The translations under genes and the position numbers were made by a program. A model generated the notes under the pieces. The model saw only the letters and a program-made list of their open reading frames with translations. It ran no database searches and was not told the origin of the DNA. Below are positions 9,982 through 20,700 of a DNA stretch of 64,000 nt, piece after piece (position 1 is the stretch's first letter; each line of letters opens with the position of its first letter). Origin of the DNA: Gemmatimonadota bacterium (lineage in GTDB: Bacteria; JBHIER01; G020348925); NCBI GenBank assembly GCA_020348925.1, contig CP070758.1, positions 4,293,688 through 4,357,687 on the forward strand, given 5' to 3'.

Positions 9982-12564
9982 ATGAAGGCAACGATCGCTT
10001 TTTTCGGAATAGTATTGATCCTGATATCGAATACATCGGCATTGGCCTGTACCGGGATCACAGCTTCCCGTGGTAATACTATTCTCTTCGGCAACAATGA
10101 GGATTGGAACGATCACGATACGTACATATGGTTCACGCAACCGGCTGAGGGAAAATTTGGCGGCGTCTATTTCGGGTACAGCAATTTTTGGCAGCAGGGC
10201 GGGATGAACGAAAAAGGGTTGTGCTTCGACGGATTTGCAACCCCGTACTATGCGGTCCATAATCCTGATAACAAACCCCAGTATCAAGGCAGGTTTCTTG
10301 AAAAAGTGATGGAGGAGTGTCAGAATATTGAAGAAGTGGTGGACTTATTTGGACAGTATTACCTTCCATGGTTATCGAACTGCCAACTCTTTTTTATCGA
10401 CCGAACCGGCGCTTCGGTCATCATTGAAGGCGATTCGCTCGTGTACAAAGAGGGCGCTTACCAAGTCTGTACCAACTTCTATCAGACGAATCCCCAGGTG
10501 GGCTGGTGGCCGTGCTGGCGGTACAATACGGCCGTAGAAATGTTTGAGAACAGCGACAGCATATCAGTCGATCTGTTCCGTTCTATTCTGGATGCCTGTC
10601 ATCAGAGTGGTTCGTACCCCACGCTCTACTCTAATATCTACGATCTGAATGAGGGGGTTGTCTATGTCTATCTCGATCATGACTTCAATAATGTCTGGAA
10701 AATAGACCTCGCGAAGGAATTGGCCTTAGGTGCTCACACCCACTATTTACCCTCTCTGAGCGGACTGGACTTTGCAGCCGAACCCACCTCGGGACATGCA
10801 CCGCTGACAACTCAATTCAGGGATATCTCAACGGCCTTCCAGCCCATAACATCCTGGGCCTGGGATTTCGACAACGACGGCATCATCGATTCCGAAGATC
10901 AAAACCCGGCTTGGACGTACCCTGACACCGGATCGTACACCGTCTCCCTTGAGTTTTCCAACGGAACGTTTTTTTATTCCAGAATATATGAAGATTGTAT
11001 CAGGGTATTTGACGGTGAAAGTGCTCTCGAGTTCGATGGCGCCGAGAGCTATGTATCATGCCCGTCCGTACCATCCCTCAATCTTACCCAGACCCTGACC
11101 GTCGAAGCCTGGATCAAACCGGCGAACTGGGGGGAAAATAGCATCCTCGGTTTCGGGAGAGTGGTCGACAAAAGGCAATTCGCCCTGTTCCTTGTGGGCT
11201 CACATCCTGCTTACAACGACTACAGTTTAGGACTGCAGCTCTACCACGAAAACGGCCCCATCAGCTTTTCAACGACGCCGGAACATACCGTCACCCTCGA
11301 TGAATGGCAGCATGTTGCTGTTACCTACGACGGTACGACCAACGAGGTCAACATGTATATCAACGGCATTGAGCAAACGCTAACGCAGCCTCAGCTCCCT
11401 TCAGGACCCATTACCGACAACAGCGGAAATGACCTCATCATTGGAAGCGACGTCTATCGCGGCTACACTTTTGACGGCACCATCGACGAGGTTCGTCTGT
11501 GGAATGTTATCCGTTCAGAAGAGGAGATCGCTGAAAGCATGGATTCTTACTTACTGGGGATTGAGGCGGGGTTGGTCGGCTGTTGGCAGATGAATGAGGG
11601 GTATGGCGAGACCACAGCCGATCTCTCCGACTTTTCACACACAGGTCTACTGAATGATGCAACCTGGATCCAGGGCATTCATCTGAGTCCAGCCGTGTTG
11701 GATGCTGACGACGATGGTATCCTCGACGCCGACGATAATTGTCCCAATGATCCTAATCCCGGACAGGAGGACAAAGATTTTGACGCTGTTGGGGATGTAT
11801 GCGACAATTGTCCTGATGATCCCAATGCCGATCAGGCCGACAGGGACAGCGATGGAACCGGAGATATGTGCGACTCGTGCATGGACACCGACGGTGACGG
11901 GTACGGGAATCCCGGTTATCCGATCAATACCTGCGAGGAGGACAATTGTCCTGATATGTACAATCCGGATCAGGAACCGATTGAACGGGGGAATATTGAT
12001 TGTTTGGGCGACATCGACGTTATGGATGTACTATCGGTGGTCAACCACATATTGGGCACAGCCTCTCTCATCGGAGATCCTCTTGATCGAGCAGACTGCA
12101 ACGGTGATGGACGAACCGACATTCTGGACGCCGTTGGTATCATAAAAGTCATCTTAGGTACAGGCGAATGCGCACCGGATGGCTCGAAACCGCTGGTCAC
12201 CTCCGATGTTGTCCGGTTCTGCGAATCGTTGAAATCCTATCTTTCACTTGAGAATTACGTTCGCTTTATGGATCTTGTAAAAGCTGAGGTTTACGTTCCT
12301 GCTGAGTACTCACTCTTCCAAAACCATCCTAATCCCTTCAATCCTGAAACGGAAATTGCTTTCGCTCTTCCCAAATCCTCCGAAGTCACTATTAAGGTCT
12401 ACAATGTCATTGGACAAGAAGTAGACGTGTTGGTTGATTCGGAGCTGGATGCCGGCTTCCATAGGGTAAAGTGGAATGCTTCTTACATGACCAGTGGCGT
12501 CTATTTTTATCGTTTGAAAGCGGGCACTTTTACAGCCGTAGAAAAGATGATTGTGCTGAAGTAA
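9982..12564 (+). CDS. Secreted Ntn-hydrolase (C45/linear amide C-N hydrolase-like) with PKD, LamG, TSP3, dockerin, helical linker, CTD
   Basis: Signal peptide ends in ALA followed by CTGITAS...GNNEDW (N-terminal Cys nucleophile). Motifs GGMNEKGL, TNF and TLYSNIYDL. Same tail as the neighbours. Confidence 0.85.
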   Translation: MKATIAFFGIVLILISNTSALACTGITASRGNTILFGNNEDWNDHDTYIWFTQPAEGKFGGVYFGYSNFWQQGGMNEKGLCFDGFATPYYAVHNPDNKPQYQGRFLEKVMEECQNIEEVVDLFGQYYLPWLSNCQLFFIDRTGASVIIEGDSLVYKEGAYQVCTNFYQTNPQVGWWPCWRYNTAVEMFENSDSISVDLFRSILDACHQSGSYPTLYSNIYDLNEGVVYVYLDHDFNNVWKIDLAKELALGAHTHYLPSLSGLDFAAEPTSGHAPLTTQFRDISTAFQPITSWAWDFDNDGIIDSEDQNPAWTYPDTGSYTVSLEFSNGTFFYSRIYEDCIRVFDGESALEFDGAESYVSCPSVPSLNLTQTLTVEAWIKPANWGENSILGFGRVVDKRQFALFLVGSHPAYNDYSLGLQLYHENGPISFSTTPEHTVTLDEWQHVAVTYDGTTNEVNMYINGIEQTLTQPQLPSGPITDNSGNDLIIGSDVYRGYTFDGTIDEVRLWNVIRSEEEIAESMDSYLLGIEAGLVGCWQMNEGYGETTADLSDFSHTGLLNDATWIQGIHLSPAVLDADDDGILDADDNCPNDPNPGQEDKDFDAVGDVCDNCPDDPNADQADRDSDGTGDMCDSCMDTDGDGYGNPGYPINTCEEDNCPDMYNPDQEPIERGNIDCLGDIDVMDVLSVVNHILGTASLIGDPLDRADCNGDGRTDILDAVGIIKVILGTGECAPDGSKPLVTSDVVRFCESLKSYLSLENYVRFMDLVKAEVYVPAEYSLFQNHPNPFNPETEIAFALPKSSEVTIKVYNVIGQEVDVLVDSELDAGFHRVKWNASYMTSGVYFYRLKAGTFTAVEKMIVLK

Positions 12565-12617
12565 TACGAGGGGACATCTTCAGTCTCCAAGCGAGCCCTG
12601 ATGTCAAGCTGGCTATC

Positions 12618-15315
12618 ATGAAAACAAGAGCGCTACTCTTTACTTTTGGCGTACTCCGCTTCTTCATTTCATCTGACTCCCCGGCCAACGAGATCGTTGG
12701 ATTCACAGAAAAGGATCTTGCGACATACAAACAGGAGATACGTGAATCACACAGGGAATGGACAACGGGACCAAAGCTCTATCTGCACAAGGCCATAGGA
12801 AATCTGACCGTGCATAAGGCGTCGAGCGCGGAGACGTACGAGGCCTATTTCCACATCCCCATCTCCTTTGAGGAACAGGCGCCCATACTCATCAAGGTCG
12901 AGAGCCCTGATCTCATCGATTACAGATTCATACACCTGAATCCGCCGAACATACTCATTGCCGTCCGCCTGAACCGGGCTCCAGCGACAAGTATCAATTG
13001 GACAGGGTGGGTTCTGGTAAAGGAGACGAGGTATCCGGAGCTTCCGGACTACGTCCCCATTCCCACAGTGGATCAGTTACCCGATTCTGTGAGGAAATGG
13101 TTGGTCTCGACGGACTGTTCTCAGCTCTCGGTGCCGATTGTGCAGGAGATGGCGGCAACCCTCCGAGGGACCACAACCAATCTCTTGAATCTTGCCAATT
13201 CGATCAACACGTATTGTTTTGGCATCCCCTGGGAATGGATTCGTTTCCCAATTTCCTTTGATGCCGTGTATGCCATGAATTGGGGAAATTCCTGCACAGG
13301 ACATGCCCATGCCGGGGCTGCCCTCTTCCGGGCCAATGGAATACCGGCGCGATCGATCCTGAATATACCGATATGGTATCCCGGTTACATGGACATGCAT
13401 TGGATTATCGACTATTTTGTTCCGGAGTATGGATGGATCAAAATGGAGACGTCTCACGGTCATAATTTCTATTCTTCCGAAAATACAGTCGTTGTATTTG
13501 TTTCACATCCTGAGGATGAATTTCCACTCTTCTATCCTGTCGGCTGCGATGAACAGTGGCACACGTCGGATCCTGCCCTGGGACACAATCCGAATTGGGG
13601 AGAAGCGCATCGAGCATTTTCGCTCAATACCGTAACCACTTCCACCGATACGATGGATCTCGCCCACTCGTTGACACAGTCCGTGTTCCACTATTATACC
13701 CATTTATGGGGGATTCCCTTGCCTCCTGAACATGAGGAATGCCTCCAAATTGCCTACGCCAACCAACAGGCGGCATTAATAGCTTTTCAAAATGTCGATC
13801 TCGATTTGTACGTAGCCTTGATGCAAGAGGCTTTGCTTTATTATCAAAACATGACGCCTGGGCCATGGACGACTCTTTTCTTCGAGGATTTTGAAGATGG
13901 CCAAGGAGCGTGGAGCACAGGTGGGATGCAGAACGAGTGGGAATGGGGCGTTCCCTCCTACGGACCATCTCAGGCTCACTCCGGTGACTGTTGTTGGGGA
14001 ACGGACTTAGAGGGCACATATGAGAATAACGCTGATTGCTGGCTCAAGTCCCCTCCCGTCGATCTTTCCGGAATAGGGTGTGCCTATGTGAGTTTCTGGG
14101 TCTGGAACTGGGTCGAGGATAATATCTGGGATACAAGCAATTTTTTTAATATTCACGATCCCTTGTGGTTAGATATCACGTTGGACGGGACTACTTTTTA
14201 CCCTTTATGCGGTCAGATGGGCGGAGTCAATGATGATCCTGAGATACCACCTGTTGGCGGATGGAGTCGGGTGGTACTGGATCTCACACAATATGTTGGG
14301 AACACCGTTCGCATTCGATTTCGATTTCAATCTGATAACCAAAATACACAGCCGGGATCTTACATTGACGATGTCCACGTTTATACAAAGGACATAACCG
14401 GTTTTGTGCCTTCCTTTACAGGTGAGCCAAGGTGCGGGAATGCCCCCCTGGAGGTGAGTTTTACGGGCCAATCATTAAAAGACATCGTAACCTGGAAGTG
14501 GGATTTTGACGATGACGGGGCGATCGATTCCTATAAACAGAATCCGGTCTGGACGTACGAAGAGCCGGGTACGTATACCGTAGGTTTAGAGGCTTTCAAC
14601 GGTTCAATTACAGGAACGTCAGTACACGAAAACTTCATCACCATATTTGACGGTGAAACCGCCCTTCACTTTAATGGATTCAGCAGTTATGTTCACTGTC
14701 CACCGAATCCGAATATGGATTTCATCGATGCTATAACAATAGAGACATGGATAAAGCCCTACGGATGGGGTCAATTTCAAGGTATTCACAATGGCACGTT
14801 CATTGACAAAGGTCTTTTCTCTCTCAGTTTCGTGCGCAGAGGTCCAGTCTTGAATGATTCAAGCCTCGTCTTTCAGGTCGTTCGCGAGCACAGGGCTGAG
14901 AGCTATTCAAACACTCCCGAGAATTCTATAAATCCTGGGGAATGGCAACACGTTGCTGCGACATACAAAAGCTCGGGTGAAGTTGAGATCTTCATCAACG
15001 GCGAGAAGCAGCCGATCACCCAAATAGTATTACCGTCGAGTAGCCTGACTGAGAATGGACTCGTCATTGGGAATTCTTCAGACTATGGTACAGCATACAA
15101 TGGAGTTATTGATGAAATCCGACTGTGGAATATTGTCCGTACCACGGACGATATCCAGACCCACATGGATTTATACTTAACCGGACATGAGCCCGGTTTG
15201 GTCGTTTACTGGCAGATGAACGAAGGAAATGGAGGGACAATTACAGACCATTCTGGAAACGGAAATGATGGGACAATCGTCGATGCGTCGTGGATCCAAG
15301 GGGTGCATTTTGGTC
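12618..15315 (+). CDS. Secreted transglutaminase-like protein with MAM/choice-of-anchor-J-like sandwich, PKD and LamG; 3' end lost in the assembly gap
   Basis: Start taken at ATG 12618 (MKTRALLF). Transglutaminase core GNSCTGHAHAGAALFRANGIPAR...HWIIDYFVPEYGWIKME, then FFEDFEDG...WEWGVP...CWGTDL. PKD and LamG are homologous to the upstream genes, up to WIQG at the gap. Confidence 0.8.
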
Positions 15316-15415
15316 NNNNNNNNNNNNNNNNNNNNNNNNNNNNNNNNNNNNNNNNNNNNNNNNNNNNNNNNNNNNNNNNNNNNNNNNNNNNNNNNNNNNN
15401 NNNNNNNNNNNNNNN
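15316..15415. other. Assembly gap (100 N)
   Basis: Run of N. Confidence 1.
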
Positions 15416-15474
15416 ACGCCTGAGCAGGGCGAAAAGTACTAATTAACAACGAGATAAAAGGAGTTTAGTTTTAG

Positions 15475-15608
15475 GGCTAATGACCCGCTTGATCAACAAC
15501 CGCAGGGCTCAGGGATTTAGGCCAAGTCCAACACACTTTGGCAGATCATTGCTTAATAGAAAGTTAGGTCTATTGAAATCAAACTGTGCGTGAAGCGAAA
15601 TGTTCGGC
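15475..15608 (+). mobile_element. Degenerate attC-like site(s)
   Basis: GGCTAAT-GACCC-GCTTGATC ... GTGAAGC-GAAAT-GTTCGGC, plus internal GCTTAAT-AGAAA-GTTAGGT. Box-5nt-box spacing as in attC, but non-canonical. No integrase in the window. Confidence 0.35.
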
Positions 15609-15940
15609 GTCGGATAACTCCTCTTCTTGAATTCTGTTAATTTTGGTTGAAATAGTGATTTTTTAAGAAAAATCCAAAGTAATGGTTATCTTTGATAACC
15701 ATTACTTTTATTACCTTCATTCTTAATACTATATAGTATTCTGTTAGTTTCCTCAATATCTCCGACCTTCCCCTCTTCCGTTTCATAGCCCAAACCTGTG
15801 CGTGAGCAATTGTATCCTCGTGAGTCCATACGTATTCTACTAATCTCTATCCATCCTCGTAATCCTCAACCTTACAAGCGAACACTGTTAAAATTCAATC
15901 TTCAAAGTGTATTGTAAAGTGTTGCTCCTGCCGAACGGTC
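15602..15940. repeat. Copy 1 of a diverged ~300-bp non-coding element (copy 2 at 26570-26866)
   Basis: Collinear shared blocks TCTTTGATAACC, TATCTCmGACCTTC, GTTTCATrGCCCA, TCAATCTTCAA and TGTTrCTCCTG. Confidence 0.7.
15676..15708. terminator. Perfect 15-bp hairpin, possible bidirectional terminator
   Basis: AAAGTAATGGTTATC-TTT-GATAACCATTACTTT. Confidence 0.45.
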
Positions 15941-16201
15941 CGGGGATCCAGATTGCCGAAGTGTCGTCTTTCCTGGGAAACGACCTTTTTCTTTTGGCGG
16001 GCGATGTTTGTTAAGATCGCTTATGATCGCCTCAGATATCTTTACCCCAGGTACATTATTCACGGGCCTCACAGTCTATCGTTCATATGGGACAGAGGCC
16101 ATATGGAGTTGCACCCTGAGATAGGAATCTCAGGACGAGCTCAAACCTTAAAAATCCCTTGAATTTAATTTTTAAAAAAACTGACGGTTTCATTTTCCCC
16201 C

Positions 16202-16230
16202 TTGACAAGACCCTGGAGGTGGTGTAGCTT
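16202..16230 (+). promoter_or_regulatory. sigma70-like promoter for the RND operon
   Basis: TTGACA-N17-TAGCTT, about 160 bp upstream of the MFP gene. Confidence 0.5.
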
Positions 16231-16392
16231 CGGTAAACTTGTAACGAGAGTATGGGCTGAGGCGTTGATTCTTCGTGCCACTGTGTTCAGGTCTCTGAGG
16301 GTTTTTACGCGGTAATCAGCGAAACGCCTTGGCGAAATCCACGGAGGTATAGAAAACAACTTTTTGATCGCCAGAAAACGGAAAGAAGATTT

Positions 16393-17535
16393 ATGAAAAA
16401 GAAATACATTTACAGAATTATTGGGGTTCTCTTTCTGATCTTTTTGCTCTGGCGGATCGGTCTGCTCGTGTTTAAGGGCCAGGGAGGCCTGTCGCAGCGG
16501 TCCGGCCGGCCGCCGGTGGCGGTGGAGATCGACACCGTCCGTTATGAGCCCATCCAAGAGACGCGACAATTGACTGGCAGCATCTACCCTCTGTATCAAT
16601 ATATCGTCGCACCCAAGGTTTCGGGGAGAATTATGAGAATGTACAAGCGAATCGGAGATTGGGTAAAGCGTGATGAGATCGTCGCCGAGATTGATAATGC
16701 GGAATACGAACAAGCGGTCCTGGAAGCCGAGGCCAATTTAAAAATTTCCCGGGCGAATCTGACGGAGATCGAGATCCAGTTGGATCTGGCACAGCAGGAA
16801 CTGGAGCGAGTTCAATCGCTCCAGCAGAAAGGCATTGCCTCGCCCGCGGAGCTCGATGCGGCGACGACGAACGTTCAAGCCCTGCAATCACGCATACAAT
16901 TGGCCCAGGCCCAAGTGGAGCAGCGTCAGGCGGCGCTGAACTCGGCGAACATACGTCTGAGCTACACCGTTCTCCGTGCCACCGAGCCGGGATTCGTCGG
17001 CGAGCGCTTCGTGGATGAGGGGGGTCTGTTGGCACCCAATTCGGCCGTCGTATCCGTCCTCGGTATCGATACCGTCATTGTTCGTACCACGGTCATCGAA
17101 CGAGTCTACGGACGCATTCAAATGGATCAATCCGCTCACGTCAAGGTGGATGCCTTTCCGGGCAAAAGCTTTCGCGGCCACGTCTCGCGTCTCGCACCCA
17201 TGCTTCAGGAGGCCTCGCGGGTGGCTCAAATGGAAGTCGTCGTCGCCAATGATTCGCTGTGGTTGAAACCGGGCATGTTCTGTCAAGTGAACGTGATCCT
17301 GGCCGAAAAAGAGTCCGCTCAAGTCGTTCCCAGCCAGGCCATCGTCAATCGGAACGGGGTGAATGGTGTTTTTGCGATCAAAAATGGAGAATCGACGGCT
17401 CATTTTATCCCGGTTCAGATGGGAATCATCACTCCGAACAGGACAGAGATCATCACGCCCACCATTGATGGCTTCATCGTAACTTTGGGACAGCATCTGT
17501 TGGAAGATGGCAGCGGTGTCATCTTGCCCCAGTAA
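16393..17535 (+). CDS. RND efflux periplasmic adaptor (membrane fusion protein)
   Basis: N-terminal TM anchor, lipoyl-like IVAPKVSGRI...GDWV motif, coiled-coil hairpin, LKPGMF. Confidence 0.93.
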   Translation: MKKKYIYRIIGVLFLIFLLWRIGLLVFKGQGGLSQRSGRPPVAVEIDTVRYEPIQETRQLTGSIYPLYQYIVAPKVSGRIMRMYKRIGDWVKRDEIVAEIDNAEYEQAVLEAEANLKISRANLTEIEIQLDLAQQELERVQSLQQKGIASPAELDAATTNVQALQSRIQLAQAQVEQRQAALNSANIRLSYTVLRATEPGFVGERFVDEGGLLAPNSAVVSVLGIDTVIVRTTVIERVYGRIQMDQSAHVKVDAFPGKSFRGHVSRLAPMLQEASRVAQMEVVVANDSLWLKPGMFCQVNVILAEKESAQVVPSQAIVNRNGVNGVFAIKNGESTAHFIPVQMGIITPNRTEIITPTIDGFIVTLGQHLLEDGSGVILPQ

Positions 17536-17612
17536 ACCTTATCATATGGCAATTTCTTAACAGGTGAATCATGTTTTTTATGATGTCCGTTTGGAAAATA
17601 GAACAGAGGTGT

Positions 17613-17728
17613 GTGGAGCTCGTCTCAAGAAGCCCCCAAGAGATTGGACTCTTCATTGGGCATTTTTCAATTCGAGGCTTCTCCCGATTTCTGCTGAATG
17701 CGCAACCCGGATTTGAGACAAGCTTCAC
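17613..17728. mobile_element. MITE-like 116-bp element between the MFP and RND genes
   Basis: Terminal inverted repeats GTGGAGCTCGTCTCAA / TTGAGACAAGCTTCAC (14/16 match). No transposase inside. Confidence 0.5.
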
Positions 17729-17761
17729 TACCCCGAAAGAAAATCAAGTAGGAGATGACAT

Positions 17762-20700
17762 ATGAGTATCGCCCGGGGACCTGTCCAGCGCCCCATCCTG
17801 ACATCCATTCTTTTCCTCATCGTCATCATTCTCGGTGTGGTATCCCTGTCGCGCCTGTCCATCGATCTCATGCCCGAAATCACGTATCCCACCATTTCGG
17901 TGATTACGAACTACGGCAATGTGGGACCTCAGGAGATGGAGGAGTTGGTGACACGTCCCATCGAGGAAGCTCTGGCCGCTGTTCAGGGCGTGGAAGAGAT
18001 TACGTCCACGTCCACTGAGGGCAGAAGCATGATCCGGGTATCCTTCGATTGGGGTGAGGAACTCGATGTGGCGGCCAACGATATCCGCGATCGCATCGAC
18101 CGGGTCCTGGGACGTTTGCCGGAGGATATCGAACGTCCGATGATTCGCAAATTCGATCTGTCGGCTTTCCCTATTCTCATCATGGGTGTCTCCAGCAACT
18201 TGGATCCCCTCATCCTGCGCCAGCTCGTGGAGGATCAGGTGAAATACCGTCTGGAACGCGTACCCGGTGTGGCTGCCGTGGACATCTGGGGTGGATTGAT
18301 GCGTGAGATTCACGTCGATTTACAGGCGGCCCAGTTGAAGGCACTGGGTTTATCCCCGGATGCCATACTTTCGGCACTGCGAAATGAGAATCGAAATATT
18401 CCGGCAGGGCTCTACGACAAGGGAAATCTCGAGGTTTTGATTCGAACCCAGGGTGAATTTCGCACACTGGATGAGATTGAAAACACGGTGGTAACCATGC
18501 GCCAGGGGACTCCCATCCAGATCCGCGATGTGGCCACTGTGGCTGATTCGTGGGAAGAAGTGCGGCAGATCATTCGCATCGACGGTAAGCCCGGATTACG
18601 AATTTCGATCAACAAGCAGTCGGGAATGAATACGGTGAAAGTTGCCGAGGCCGTTCAGATCGAAATTCAACGCATCAACCGCGATTTACCCCAGATTCAA
18701 CTCATCCCTCTCATCGATACGTCCAAATATATCCGGCAATCCATCAACAACGTGGGCAATGCCACGATTTTAGGTGGCATCTTGGCCATCATTATTCTCT
18801 TTCTCTTTTTGCGCAACATATCCAGCACGGCCATCATCGCCACGGCCATTCCCATCTCCGTGATTGCGACGTTTGCCCTGATGTATTTCAACGGATTTAC
18901 GCTGAATATTATGACCTTTGGCGGGTTGGCTCTGGGGATCGGTATGTTGGTGGACAGCGCCATCGTCGTCCTTGAAAATATTTATCGCCACCGGGAGGGG
19001 GGAAGCTCGCCCAAGCAGAGTGCTCTGGACGGAACGACCGAAGTGTGGTCCGCCATCCTGGCCAGTATCCTCACTACGATTGTCGTTTTTCTGCCCGTCG
19101 TGTTCATTCGAGGCATGTCCGGCATCATGTTCCAACAGATGGCCTATGTGGTCAGTTTCTCACTGCTGTGTTCCCTCATCGTGGCCCTGACCTTGATACC
19201 CATGCTTTCGTCACGGTTTTTACGTTACCGACCAAAGGATGAAGTGCCTGGCGGCGGCTGGCTGCAAAAGACGTACGCGATGAGCGAAGGCACCTTTCGG
19301 CGCATCGAGGAGCGATATCGAAACGTTCTTGGGTGGGCGCTCGGTCATCGAAAAACCGTCGTAGCGGTAACGGCGATCCTGTTTGTCGTTTCTTTGGTCT
19401 TGGTTCGATTCATCGGTGTGGAGCTCATGCCCGCAGCCGATGAGGGGGAGGTTCGGGTCGATCTGGAGATGGCTGTGGGGAGCAGACTGGAAATCATAGA
19501 TGAAGCCACGCGAACGGTGGAGCGTGTTGTTCAGCACAACGTGCCGGAGATGGAGTCCATGCTCTCCAGAGTTGGAGGGGGCGGCTGGCGTTCCAGTGGT
19601 GGTCATACGGCCCAAGTCCGGGTCGCCCTCGTGCCGAAGAAAGAGCGCAGCCGCAGCAGCGAAGAGATTGCCAACGATCTCCGAAGAAAATTGGGGGGCA
19701 TTCCCGGGCTGACGGTCAGAACCCGGGCCGGGCAGGGATTGTTCTTACTGCGAATGGGATCGTCGACGACGGACAACGTCAGTGTCGAAATCCGCGGCTA
19801 CGATTTAAAGACCGCCCACGAGCTGGCCCTGAGGGTGAATGATGTGATTCAGCATGTTTCGGGAATCACCGATACGAGAATCAGCCGCGAAGAGGGCAGC
19901 CCGGAACAGGTCATTCGTATTGACCGGCAAAAAGCGGCCGACCTCGGGCTGACGGTCTCCCGGATCGGGGATGCTCTGGAAACGGCCATCGGCGGGACAC
20001 AAGCCTCCTATTTTCGTGAGGGCGGTAAGCAGTATCGAATTCTGGTCAGGTTGAGTGAACAGGACCGCCGTGATTTAGAGGATCTGCTCGATCTGATCGT
20101 CATCAACAACAGAGGTGAGCCGGTCATCTTACGAAATGTGGTAGCAGCTCTGCCGCAGGAGGGGCCGGTCCGTCTCGAACGCAAGGATCAGGAACGGATT
20201 ATTACCATTAACGCCAATTTTACAGGTCGCGACATGGGCTCGGTCATTTCCGATATACGGGATCGATTGCGCTCTGTCCCTGTGCCCAAGGATTTCGCCA
20301 TACTCTTTGGCGGCGATTACGAGGAGCAGCAGAAAGCTTTTCGGGAATTGCTCTTCGGTTTCATTTTGGCCATCCTGCTCGTCTATCTCGTCATGGCGGG
20401 GCAGTTTGAGTCCTTCCGGGATCCCTTTGTCGTTCTTTTTTCAATCCCCATGGCCATCATCGGCATTGTGGTCACCATGATTTTGACCGGTACGATTTTC
20501 AGCATGCAGGCCTTCATCGGCTGCATCATGCTGGCCGGGATCGTTGTGAACAACGCCATTCTCCTGGTCGATTATACCAATCAACTGCGTCGCAAAGCAG
20601 GGATGAATCTCATGGATGCTGTTCGATTGGGAGGAACAAGGCGTTTGCGTCCGATCCTGATGACGACAATGACCACGGTCCTGGGACTGCTGCCGCTCTC

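Noticed and set aside
15316-15446. ORF read-through across the N gap
   Set aside because: The gap length is a placeholder, and the sequence after it is unrelated to the expected TSP3-dockerin tail.
15580-15810. CTGTGCGTGA repeats as group II intron ends
   Set aside because: No domain V hairpin or RT ORF could be identified.
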